Source: a bacterium | GTDB lineage: Bacteria > Patescibacteriota > Saccharimonadia > Saccharimonadales > JAUPVS01 | Direction: 5' to 3' | DNA: 52,103 nt | NCBI GenBank assembly: GCA_029780855.1 | Contig: JAKOXV010000018.1 | Location: 1 to 52,103 of the forward strand | Shown: positions 28,716 to 37,230 of the stretch, piece by piece | Position numbering within the stretch: the stretch's first letter is position 1 | How the letters are laid out: each line of letters begins with the position of its first letter | Position numbers and translations under genes: made by a program | The notes under the pieces: model-generated | Told to the model about the DNA's origin: nothing | Seen by the model: the letters and a program-made list of their open reading frames with translations, nothing else | Database searches by the model: none

Positions 28716-29891
28716 CTACGCATTATTTCCTTGGATTATATGTTTTACATTCTGAGCGATCGCCATAGACTCATTGGCTCGTATTACATACACCGCAATC
28801 TTTGCATCTTTGTCTGCTATGGATTGTTCATTCTTATCATTGAGTCCCCTATCGAGTTTTAAGCCCAGATATTCAAGACCTTCACAAACCTTAGTACGAA
28901 TCTTTGGAGCTTGCTCTCCAATGCCGCCACAAAACACAAGTGCATCCACTCCATCTAAGACTGCCGCATACGCTCCGATCATTTTCTTAACCTCATAGCA
29001 GAACAAATCAACCGCCTGCGCTGCCATGGCATCAGTATCATATACATCTAGTAGTTTTTTCATATCAGAGCTAACTCCAGAAACACCCAATAGCCCAGAT
29101 TCGTTATTTATAAGATTACTAAGAGAAACTGGTTCAATACGTTCATTGTTCAGTAGGTAGGACATAATTCCCGGATCAATATCGCCCGTTCGGCTGCTCA
29201 TAGGGATTCCTCCTGTAGGACTAAATCCCATACTAGTATCAATAGATAGTCCATCCCGAACCGCCGCTAAACTAGCCCCGTTACCTAAATGAGCCATCAC
29301 TACGTTGCTTTTACGCGGTAAGCCTAGCTGCTCAAGCTGAGAAAGAACGTTTTCATATGCCAGTCCATGAAAACCGTAACGCCGCATGCCCTTACTGGCA
29401 AACTTGCGCGGTATCGGCAAAATCCGAGCAACATCCGGCAAGCTACCATGAAAAGCCGTATCAAAACATGCTATGTTCTTAACTCCGGGGAACGCGTTGC
29501 GTAGTTCAGTAACCAACTGTAGCTCATTGGGAAGATGTTCGGGCGCCAAAGGGATAATTGCATGTAGGGCATCGAACACTTGCTGATCAATTTCGCATGG
29601 CTCACTAAAACGCTCCCCGCCGTGGACGATCCGGTGCCCAATGGCGCTGAGCTGTTCCGTATCGACCTCCTTGGCAAGTTTTTCGATCAATAAATCTATT
29701 GCTTCGCCATAATCACTTACCTTAACCTTGTAAGATAGGCTTTCTCTCTGCGCTACGTCCTCAATAGTAAAAACGGTATTGTCAAAATGTATACCTTGCA
29801 CAGCCCCGCGATACAGCTCTCGGAGTGTAGCAGTCTCATGTATAGAGAACTTTATACTTGATGAACCGGCGTTTACCGTAAGGATATAAAT
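28716..29891 (-). CDS. ackA: acetate kinase (start codon unresolved; conserved N-terminus lies upstream of the ORF-track GTG)
   Basis: The ORF-track start (GTG at 29801) omits the phosphate-1 motif. The same frame upstream reads EKAIYILTVNAGSSSIKFSIHE back to an in-frame TAG at 29903..29901. The only start candidates are ATT (29891) or ATC (29885), with AGGA 7 nt upstream of the ATT. The stop is 3 nt from the xfp start. Confidence 0.8.
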   Translation of the reverse strand: MYILTVNAGSSSIKFSIHETATLRELYRGAVQGIHFDNTVFTIEDVAQRESLSYKVKVSDYGEAIDLLIEKLAKEVDTEQLSAIGHRIVHGGERFSEPCEIDQQVFDALHAIIPLAPEHLPNELQLVTELRNAFPGVKNIACFDTAFHGSLPDVARILPIPRKFASKGMRRYGFHGLAYENVLSQLEQLGLPRKSNVVMAHLGNGASLAAVRDGLSIDTSMGFSPTGGIPMSSRTGDIDPGIMSYLLNNERIEPVSLSNLINNESGLLGVSGVSSDMKKLLDVYDTDAMAAQAVDLFCYEVKKMIGAYAAVLDGVDALVFCGGIGEQAPKIRTKVCEGLEYLGLKLDRGLNDKNEQSIADKDAKIAVYVIRANESMAIAQNVKHIIQGNNA

Positions 29892-29986
29892 GGCTTTTTC
29901 CTATTTGTTTACATGTCTTATCAGGACGCATAAAGCGCTCATGCTTATAATATACATAGAAATCCGTGCTATTAACAGTGTTGCGC

Positions 29987-31084
29987 TCAGAACAAAATGT
30001 TAAGCCGGCGATTGGCAATAAACGCTCCCACCATTATGGCAATAAAACCATAGAGCATGTTTACATCAGTGGCATATAGCTGCACCGCAGCAACTACTAC
30101 GGCGGCGACAAAGATCGTAGGGAATATCAGTCCGCCCCGGTACCCGAGCATCTTTGACCACCCTATAGCTGCGATCTTTACTATCCCAATCCAGACAAGT
30201 CCCACAATACCCAAGCTTGCAGCATCCCTAAAAAGCGGAACCACATACTGGTTGCCCGTAAACTCAACCCAGTATCCACCGATCAAAAACAGAAAGCTCA
30301 GTCCTGCTGTAGCTACAATTGCCCGTATCCACCAGTTTTGCGAAGCAACGCGTATACGTACCTTTTCGGAGATGTGCTCGCTTAGCCACAGGCCGTAGCA
30401 AACTCCGTATCCTACAATAACCAGAAAACTAGCCGCTACAACGGTAGCTAGATTAATATGCCATGAGTACGGTGGCAGGGTCGCGTACGCCGATGCAGAC
30501 AATAGCCTGAGCGCAAGATACGAAGCTCCACACGACAAACCGGCCAACAAAACCAATATGATCGATAGTTGTGTCTTTGCGTGTTTGGCTAGTAACAGTA
30601 GCGAAAGTACACCAATGAAAAAAGAATTAAAAAACGCCGTAAACAGTGCCGCCAAAGCAATCGCACCTAGTAATTTCTTAGCCTTTTCGTCATTTTGCAA
30701 CGCAACACTTGCAAGCAACGTACCAATAATTACGCACGCGGGAACGAGTATTGCTTCGGGGCCTAATGATGCTCCGGCGAGCAAAGAAAAGTAGCCAATA
30801 ATGAGCACCTTTAATAGGTTCCGTATGGTAGCTGCCGGTATAGCACCGAGAGCCTCATTTTTATTGTCGGTGTTTTTGGGAGCAAGATAGTGAACCAACG
30901 CAAAGTATACCAACCCGAGCAACAGTGTGAGTGGTACAACCAAAAGTCGCCTCTGCTCTGTTGCAAACCAATCATTCCATACAATATCAATTGAATGATG
31001 CACAGCTCTTTCAAAAACATGGTACGTAAGTGCCACACTCACACCGACCAGTAGCGCGAATAAGATAGTCTTTAGCTGTTTCAT
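29987..31084 (-). CDS. ClC family (voltage-gated chloride channel-like) membrane protein, short form
   Basis: 365 aa and highly hydrophobic. GASLGPEAILVP (compare GxEGP) and YRGGLIFPTIFV (compare GxFxP). The first selectivity motif is degenerate (LGAIPA). Confidence 0.55.
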   Translation of the reverse strand: MKQLKTILFALLVGVSVALTYHVFERAVHHSIDIVWNDWFATEQRRLLVVPLTLLLGLVYFALVHYLAPKNTDNKNEALGAIPAATIRNLLKVLIIGYFSLLAGASLGPEAILVPACVIIGTLLASVALQNDEKAKKLLGAIALAALFTAFFNSFFIGVLSLLLLAKHAKTQLSIILVLLAGLSCGASYLALRLLSASAYATLPPYSWHINLATVVAASFLVIVGYGVCYGLWLSEHISEKVRIRVASQNWWIRAIVATAGLSFLFLIGGYWVEFTGNQYVVPLFRDAASLGIVGLVWIGIVKIAAIGWSKMLGYRGGLIFPTIFVAAVVVAAVQLYATDVNMLYGFIAIMVGAFIANRRLNILF

Positions 31085-31131
31085 AGTATCCTCACTTTAC
31101 GAGCGCATCCCTTTAGTCGGCAAAGAGGAAA

Positions 31132-31713
31132 CTACTGCAAAGAACTGGCTTGGCCGACTTCAAAGATGGTATTTATTTTTCCATCGCAGTCAAAACTAAA
31201 CGAAATTACCTTGGTTGTAGAAGAATCTTTTCCTACAACGGCATTGTCTGGGAAATACGTTACGTATGGAGTGCTTTTATACGCTGTCAACGTTGCTGCC
31301 GGGAGCGCAAAATCCCATGACGATGTACCAGATATGAATGAGGTTACGTCACTGACAGCTTCTGTAGGTGTTTGGTCCCCGATACCTTCGGTGGCAGCTA
31401 GGATAACTTTTACGGTAGGCGCCATGTAGCTCGCCAATGCTGCAGTATTGCCAGAAGTAATCGCAGCTTTAATATCGGCTACCTCGGCAGTACTCGGATC
31501 GGTACATGTCGGTGTCGTTGATTGGCTTGTACTAGTCTTATTGGCTGCTTTTTGTATGGTAGCTTTTGGTTGATCATTCTTTGTGGTTGTCGTGTCTCGG
31601 TTTTTTTGCCAGACGTAGTAACCTGCTCCCCCCACTAAAACGACACCGACAAGTAGGATCAAAATCAGTGAAATTGCTCCGTTAGCATCAAGGCTTTTTG
31701 GTACTCTCTTCAT
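31132..31713 (-). CDS. membrane-anchored extracytoplasmic protein, unknown function
   Basis: 193 aa. GGGGG precedes the ATG. One TM helix, a Thr/Ser-rich linker and a globular C-terminal domain containing 3 Cys. Confidence 0.5.
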   Translation of the reverse strand: MKRVPKSLDANGAISLILILLVGVVLVGGAGYYVWQKNRDTTTTKNDQPKATIQKAANKTSTSQSTTPTCTDPSTAEVADIKAAITSGNTAALASYMAPTVKVILAATEGIGDQTPTEAVSDVTSFISGTSSWDFALPAATLTAYKSTPYVTYFPDNAVVGKDSSTTKVISFSFDCDGKINTIFEVGQASSLQ

Positions 31714-31896
31714 ATTACCCCCAGGTTACTTTATGCTTATGCTAATAATATCATAGTGATGTAAATTATTAATCGACCTACCGGTTCGTAGTCAGCCAAA
31801 TATTTTTTGAATCACTCATGATCTGTTTGTATTTTTTTTGCTGAGTATATATGCCGAAAGCTATTGGTATTGCTACAAGAGCATGCATCTTCTTAC

Positions 31897-32499
31897 TTAC
31901 TTCAAGAACAAGTTTTTAAAACCGGTAACTATAAGATCTACGCCGATTGCTCCTATAATAAAACTATTGATCCTCAGTAATATTTCGGCGTTTTGATCAA
32001 AAACTGCCTGAAACGTAGGTTTAAAAGAGGATCTGATAGCGGCAAGCGCAACAATAATAATAAATGTCAGCAGCATGACCACACAAATAGCGAAGGAAGC
32101 TTGCGCAGCACCGAGCTTTCGTCCGATGATAATACTGAGCGTTATAGAACCTGCCCCCACCATAAATGGCAAGGCGATTTCTGCTGCTATCTTATTTAGT
32201 TCACCTCGCGTGGTAATAAATGATTTTTTACCCTTGATTATAAAGATAAGTGACAGAGAGGCGACCACCATCCCGCCGAAGATCCTGAACGCCTCAAAAT
32301 TAACATTTAATAGCTGAAAAAATCGTTCACCAGAAACTGCGAATATGATATATATCACCGCAGCAATTAGGGTTGCTCGTGCCACAATGTTCGCAAAATG
32401 CGGTAAGTCACTTTCCTTTTTAAGTGGCAGTAGATACAAAAACAGCGCTACCGGATTCATAAATATCAAAAAACTAAAAACTGCTTGAGGAAATGACAT
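31897..32499 (-). CDS. MarC family (UPF0056/NAAT) membrane protein
   Basis: 200 aa with 6 TM segments, FIFMNPVALFLYL and PFMVGAGSIT, typical of MarC. Confidence 0.75.
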   Translation of the reverse strand: MSFPQAVFSFLIFMNPVALFLYLLPLKKESDLPHFANIVARATLIAAVIYIIFAVSGERFFQLLNVNFEAFRIFGGMVVASLSLIFIIKGKKSFITTRGELNKIAAEIALPFMVGAGSITLSIIIGRKLGAAQASFAICVVMLLTFIIIVALAAIRSSFKPTFQAVFDQNAEILLRINSFIIGAIGVDLIVTGFKNLFLK

Positions 32500-32623
32500 A
32501 TAGCACCCATCTTAGGTGATTTGGTATAATATTCAAGTTTTTTGATTTGAATAATTGTTTGTGACCTCCGTGCAAATGCGCTATAATCGGAGTCAATAAA
32601 CATAAACGAAATTTGTTGTAGTA

Positions 32624-33748
32624 ATGAGTAGATTACCAACACCAGGAGGCGATGATAATCAGTGGGGTGAAGTCCTTAATGATTTCCTTTTAGCATCACA
32701 CAATACTGATGGATCCCTAAAAGCCAGCGCAATGTCATCTAAAGCTGATGATTCCGCTACCGTACATAAAACGGGTAATGAGGCTATAGGTGGTATAAAG
32801 ACGTTTTCTTCTTCGCCTTCAGTACCCACGCCCACCAGTAACGCTGATGCCGCTCGCAAAGATTATGTTGATGCCGTATCGAACACCGTAGCTGCGCTAC
32901 CAGACTTACGCAATGGTTTTGTATTAACCGGTTCGTATGCCGATGTAAATGCAATTACCACAGAGGAGTTCACTGCCAATGGTAGCTATAATAAGCCAGC
33001 AGGTGCAACAAAAGTTATGATTGTTGGAGTGTCTGCGGGCGGTGGTGGCGCTGGTGGTGTCAGGAACATCGCAGGAACCGACAGATACGGTGGTGGTGGT
33101 GGTGCACCGGGTCGTCGCTTCCAAACAATTATGGATGCGAATAGTTTTCTTAGTACCGGAACAGTCACCGTAGGTGCAGGCGGTGCCGGCGGCACCGGAG
33201 CAATTACAGATGGCGCAGTCGGTGGAGATGGCACAGATGGTGGCAGCCTCATTATTCAATTAACATCTGGCAATATAACTATTACCGGTGGTTCAGCAGG
33301 TAAGCATAATGGTGGTTTTACGCCAGGCTGGGGTGGAACGGGCGCTGATGGAGCAAGAGGTGGCCGAAGCGTATTGAACTCGACGGTATCTAATTCGTCG
33401 CCATTAGCGAGCCTTGTTTGCTACGGTTTTTCAGGCGGTGGTGGAGCTGGTCAATCACGCGATGCCAGCAATACTGTCTCAGTTGCAGCCGATGGCGGAG
33501 GAACCAACGCTGGCGCTGGTGGTGCAACGGGCGACGGCAATGCCGGAACTTCTGCAACTGTATCTGGAACTTTCGGATCTGGCGGTGGCGGTGGCGGTGC
33601 TATCGCAACGACAAACGGTGGTTATGCAGGCGGCAACGGTGGATACCCCGGCGGTGGCGGAGGTGGTGGCTCCTTTGGAGTAGGCAAAGCAGCCGGTAAT
33701 GGCGGTAATGGCGCAAACGGCTGGTGTAAATTTATTTGGATCCGTTAG
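32624..33748 (+). CDS. phage tail-fibre-like protein with glycine-rich C-terminal domain
   Basis: N-terminus LPTPGGDDNQWGEVLNDFL...DGSLK...VHKTGNEAIGGIKTFSSSPSVPTPT...AARKDYVD resembles tail-fibre N-terminal modules. It continues FTANGSYNKPAGATKVMIVGVSAGGGGAGG and extended Gly-rich tracts, ending GANGWCKFIWIR (Gly-rich domain pattern). Confidence 0.65.
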   Translation: MSRLPTPGGDDNQWGEVLNDFLLASHNTDGSLKASAMSSKADDSATVHKTGNEAIGGIKTFSSSPSVPTPTSNADAARKDYVDAVSNTVAALPDLRNGFVLTGSYADVNAITTEEFTANGSYNKPAGATKVMIVGVSAGGGGAGGVRNIAGTDRYGGGGGAPGRRFQTIMDANSFLSTGTVTVGAGGAGGTGAITDGAVGGDGTDGGSLIIQLTSGNITITGGSAGKHNGGFTPGWGGTGADGARGGRSVLNSTVSNSSPLASLVCYGFSGGGGAGQSRDASNTVSVAADGGGTNAGAGGATGDGNAGTSATVSGTFGSGGGGGGAIATTNGGYAGGNGGYPGGGGGGGSFGVGKAAGNGGNGANGWCKFIWIR

Positions 33749-33751
33749 CCC

Positions 33752-34453
33752 ATGGCACAAGTTAAAATTCGTGCAGGCATTAGACCAGGTGATGTAGCGT
33801 GGACTGACGCAGCAACACTGTATCCTACAATGTTTGATTCAGCCACCTTTAGTGGCGGCATCCTTACCAAGCAGCCGAAACATGTAAACACCTTTAGTCC
33901 AGGAACTCCAAACTCGTATGTTACCCACATGTTGATGGCCTACAACACTGGTTTATATGATAACTTTGAAGTTTCGGTAAGATGGCGTCCAGACCTGACC
34001 CAAGCCGGCTTTACTCACCAAGTCTCACCTGTAGCATTTGTTGATCTAAATTCTACGGACCCTCTCCAAATGGGCGTTTTACCCATCTGGGATGTTAGCG
34101 TTAACGCTACATACATCCAAAATGCTTTCAGAGAAAGTCCTATCAGCGATGTGCCAAACAATGCCTATTACGTCGCAGATAATACCTCAATTAATAACGG
34201 TATGCCCGCAGGTATAACTGACGGCGGACCGTGTTGGGTATCGCTTAAGTGTGAAAACGGCAAACTTTCCTACTCCTTTGATGGGGTTGTCCTAAAAACT
34301 GGCCGAACCATCCCGGCCTGGGCAAGTGGCAGAACATGGATGGGAATACACGTCATAGGATTTGACTGGCCTGTAGGTGCCGACATAGGTTTTGTACTTA
34401 CCGAACAAAGCCCCGTTATAGTAGACATGTTCAGAGTGGTTGATCTTTCTTAA
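33752..34453 (+). CDS. hypothetical protein, beta-rich (jelly-roll/ConA-like guess), coupled to the tail-fibre-like gene
   Basis: 233 aa. The ATG is 3 nt after the upstream stop. Alternating beta-strand-like pattern (FEVSVRWR, CWVSLKCENGKLSYSFDGVVL). I recognised no family. Confidence 0.5.
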   Translation: MAQVKIRAGIRPGDVAWTDAATLYPTMFDSATFSGGILTKQPKHVNTFSPGTPNSYVTHMLMAYNTGLYDNFEVSVRWRPDLTQAGFTHQVSPVAFVDLNSTDPLQMGVLPIWDVSVNATYIQNAFRESPISDVPNNAYYVADNTSINNGMPAGITDGGPCWVSLKCENGKLSYSFDGVVLKTGRTIPAWASGRTWMGIHVIGFDWPVGADIGFVLTEQSPVIVDMFRVVDLS

Positions 34454-34510
34454 TTCCTCAGCTTGTATTCCCTAAAGTGGTATGTTTTCATATACTTTTT
34501 TTATGTAAAC

Positions 34511-35047
34511 ATGGATCGTACTTATCCGAGGAATCAATGTGGGCAATAAAAACCGCATTTCAATGAAAGACCTAAAACAAGCTTTGGAAAAAGCATAATT
34601 TAAAGACGTGAGAACGTATACCGCTAGCGGTAATGTGATTTTTCGGTCAAAACCCTCCCGTCAGGCGACGTTAAATCGACCATAGATTCTCTGATTCCAC
34701 AAAAGTTTAAAATCCGCGACGAGAAGATTAAGGTCTTGGTACTTTCCGTTCAAGAACTAAAATCCATAATAGATGATCACCCGAATGGCTTTACTGATGA
34801 TAACGATAAGTACTATTCCGATATTATCTTTTTGATCGATAACCCGATCCAAGGAGCGTTTAACCAATTTAACCCTAAACGAGGCGTAGACACAATATGG
34901 CGAGGGAATACTGCAATCTGTTCACAGCACCTTTGCGCGCTGCGAACAGAGAGCCGGCTAAACAAAGCTGGCTCACCGACCTAAAAATCAATGACCATTA
35001 GAATCTTCGATACAAGTAAGAAAATCTTGAAACTCTCACAATCTTAG
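34511..35047 (+). pseudogene. DUF1697 family pseudogene (two frameshifts, two in-frame stops)
   Basis: Frame A (34512..) reads IVLIRGINVGNKNRISMKDLKQALEKA*FKDVRTYTASGNVIFRSKPS with a TAA at 34596..34598. The homology continues in another frame (DVKSTIDSLIPQKF...VLSVQELKSIIDDHP). It then passes a TAA at 34982..34984 into MTIRIFDTSKKILKL (compare T-x-RNWNT-x-x-K-L), ending at the TAG at 35045. The ATG at 34511 is out of frame with the GINVG block. Confidence 0.7.
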
Positions 35048-35116
35048 TACATAGGAGAAACCCTATATAAGTCTCATGCCCTATGCTATGCTTATGGTTG
35101 AATGCAAGGAACTAAA

Positions 35117-35581
35117 ATGTGTGCCAAAATCATGCATATTAAATCCAAAAAAGGCTTCACTATTATCGAGGTGCTTATTGTATTAGGAATAGCAGGGCTG
35201 ATTTTGGTTTCCATGCTGCTTGCCGTTCCAACGCTACAAAAAAGGCAGCGTAACCACGAGCGCGATAGCGACGCGAGGTTAATTTATGCAGCAATCTCAG
35301 AATGCCTAGCCAATAATAGGAACCAAACGAGCAGATGTACAACGCCAGAAAGTTTAAACCTCGATCCTTCATCGTTGAGTATCTTCACCGGCTTCCACTA
35401 CGGCGCAACTGATCCAAGCGAATCTGCCTGGGTAAGCCCCACCGAAAACGAACCGAACTGGCTTTTCCGCCTTCGATGTAACTCCACTGGAACCTGGTTC
35501 CTCGATCGAGATACAAGCGCAGCACACTCCTACGCTGTGACATATATCGTAGAAGGTGGTCCAAATAGATGTATCGATTAA
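35117..35581 (+). CDS. type IV pilin/pseudopilin (prepilin-type N-terminal cleavage/methylation domain)
   Basis: Leader MCAKIMHIKSKKG followed by FTIIEVLIVLGIAGLILVSML (G/FTxxE motif). AAGGAA lies 5 nt upstream of the ATG at 35117. Two Cys pairs sit in the C-terminal domain. Confidence 0.75.
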   Translation: MCAKIMHIKSKKGFTIIEVLIVLGIAGLILVSMLLAVPTLQKRQRNHERDSDARLIYAAISECLANNRNQTSRCTTPESLNLDPSSLSIFTGFHYGATDPSESAWVSPTENEPNWLFRLRCNSTGTWFLDRDTSAAHSYAVTYIVEGGPNRCID

Positions 35582-35672
35582 TCTAAGTGGAATACTGAGC
35601 GTTACTTTTGTCGCTTGAATCGCCCATATCTCTAGTTATCAAAAAGCCAGACCAAAAGTTCTGACGATTTTC

Positions 35673-35700
35673 ATGGCTGGGACTGGTCAGATTTTCGAAC
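35673..35700. repeat. degenerate direct copy of the tRNA-Gln 3' end
   Basis: ATGGCTGGG (35673..35681) and TTCGAAC (35694..35700) match ATGGCTGGG (36117..36125) and TTCGAAC (36135..36141) of the tRNA-Gln gene, in the same order and orientation. The middle has diverged. Confidence 0.3.
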
Positions 35701-35778
35701 TTTGACTCTTACTATTGACTCTAAGTCAATGGCGAGGGTGAAGGCTCTTCTGGCTTAGGCTGAACTTTTTCATGTTCT

Positions 35779-35815
35779 GTGACAAGTAGCAATTGGTTGC
35801 TACAATTTACGTATG
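35779..35815 (+). promoter_or_regulatory. promoter GTGACA-N16-TGcTACAAT with the ATG 6 nt downstream (leaderless DUF1653 transcript)
   Basis: The -35-like element is at 35779..35784, TG at 35798..35799, TACAAT at 35801..35806 and the ATG at 35813. Confidence 0.5.
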
Positions 35816-36070
35816 ACTAAGCAAAGATCCATTGACGAAATACTTACCGGCTGGAATGGCTTGGAGCGCCCACTAGACGGACAAGTCTATCAGCACTATA
35901 AAGGTGGTAACTATGAGATTGTTGCCACAGGATTTCTAGAGGATAGCGAAGCCCCGTGTGCCGTATATCGTTTTTTACTAAAGAACATCGTATGGGTGCG
36001 GACGGCAAAGAACTTTTTAGAAACGGTTGAACATAACAATAGAGTGATGCCAAGATTTAAGCCGATATAG
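35813..36070 (+). CDS. DUF1653 domain protein
   Basis: 85 aa. YQHYKGGNYEIVATGFLEDSEAPCAVYR matches the DUF1653 core pattern (Y-x-HYKG-x-Y). Confidence 0.7.
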   Translation: MTKQRSIDEILTGWNGLERPLDGQVYQHYKGGNYEIVATGFLEDSEAPCAVYRFLLKNIVWVRTAKNFLETVEHNNRVMPRFKPI

Positions 36071-36117
36071 CCCGATTCTTGAACGCAAGAAGTTACTGTG
36101 GTTGCATATTACTAAAA

Positions 36118-36191
36118 TGGCTGGGGATGAGGGATTCGAACCCCCGATCACGGGACCAGAACCCGTTGCCTTACCGCTTGGCTAATCCCCA
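36118..36191 (-). tRNA. tRNA-Gln (anticodon CTG)
   Basis: The reverse complement folds as a cloverleaf. Acceptor is TGGGGAT/ATCCCCA (U1-A72), discriminator G73 and an encoded CCA. Anticodon stem ACGGG/CCCGT, loop TTCTGGT. T arm GGGGG-TTCGAAT-CCCTC. Confidence 0.9.
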
Positions 36192-36324
36192 GTATTTGGT
36201 TGATAACTTCGGTGATTATACAGAAATTTACCCTTTTGGACAAGTCAGCTCCACATAGGAGTTTGCCGAAACGCCCGTCCTAAACTAAACAAACCTAAAT
36301 TATTCCTGCTACAATGAAAGCAAT

Positions 36325-37230
36325 ATGGCAGCGAGTCCAATAATCAAGCTTGAAAATCTGACTAAAAAATTCGGCACCGCCCGTGGTGTTACTGAGGTTA
36401 ACTTAACAGTGAATAAGGGTGAAGTGTTTGGTTTTATCGGGCCAAATGGTGCCGGTAAATCAACTACTATCCGAATGCTTTTAGATTTCATACGTCCTAC
36501 TGAAGGCACAATAACCGTGCTTGGCATGGACAGCAAACGCGATTCACTAGCTATTAGACGCCGAGTAGGTTACATTTCTGGCGACATGGCCTTAGAAAAC
36601 CGGCTAACTGGGCGGCAATACTTAGAGTATATGGCCGGAATCCACGGAAATATTCCATGGAGCAACGTTCAAAAGTATGTCGACAGATTGCAATGCGAGA
36701 TTGAGAAAAAAATTGGTAGCCTTTCGCGCGGTAACCGGCAAAAGATAGCCCTTGTTGCTGCCCTCATGCACAACCCTGATTTATTAATACTTGACGAACC
36801 AACTTCCGGTCTTGATCCGCTAATGCAGGCCGAATTTGCCAAGCTCATCACAGAGCATACCTCCAAGGGCAAGACGGCTTTCATTTCATCGCACGTACTG
36901 AGCGAGATTCAGGAACTCTGCGATCGTGTGGGCTTCATTAAAGAAGGCAAGCTTATGAGCGTTACGCCACTGAATGAATTACTGGCACAATCCTTCCGTT
37001 CGGTTTCTATAACACTTTCCAAAAAAGCAACCGCTTCACTACTGAAAGATGTTCAGAATGTTACGGACGTAACCGTGGATGGAAACATAATTACCTGTAA
37101 AGTAAGCGGTGATTTTACACCGTTGCTAAAAAAATTGAGCTCTCACCGCGTTACCGATATGCTGATCCGCGAACCAGATTTAGAGGAATTATTTTTGGGC
37201 ATGTATGAGACTGTCGAGGAGACCGCATAA
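36325..37230 (+). CDS. ABC transporter ATP-binding protein
   Basis: Walker A GPNGAGKST, signature LSRGNRQK, Walker B LLILDEPTSGLD. 301 aa. Confidence 0.9.
   Translation: MAASPIIKLENLTKKFGTARGVTEVNLTVNKGEVFGFIGPNGAGKSTTIRMLLDFIRPTEGTITVLGMDSKRDSLAIRRRVGYISGDMALENRLTGRQYLEYMAGIHGNIPWSNVQKYVDRLQCEIEKKIGSLSRGNRQKIALVAALMHNPDLLILDEPTSGLDPLMQAEFAKLITEHTSKGKTAFISSHVLSEIQELCDRVGFIKEGKLMSVTPLNELLAQSFRSVSITLSKKATASLLKDVQNVTDVTVDGNIITCKVSGDFTPLLKKLSSHRVTDMLIREPDLEELFLGMYETVEETA

Noticed and set aside
31775-31888. 37-aa minus-strand ORF (MHALVAIPIAFGIYTQQKKYKQIMSDSKNIWLTTNR) just downstream of the MarC-family gene.
   Set aside because: Only a weak purine-rich stretch lies upstream, and I found no recognisable family. 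It is too short to support from sequence alone. It may deserve a look in ribosome-profiling data.
32980-33700. GGTGGTGG-rich repetitive DNA and the multiple overlapping ORFs in other frames (33414..33683, 33418..33699, 32986..33252 and others).
   Set aside because: This is coding low complexity from the glycine-rich domain of the 32624..33748 gene. It is not a CRISPR array or tandem non-coding repeat: there are no regular repeat-spacer units. The alternative frames are artefacts of the GGN periodicity.
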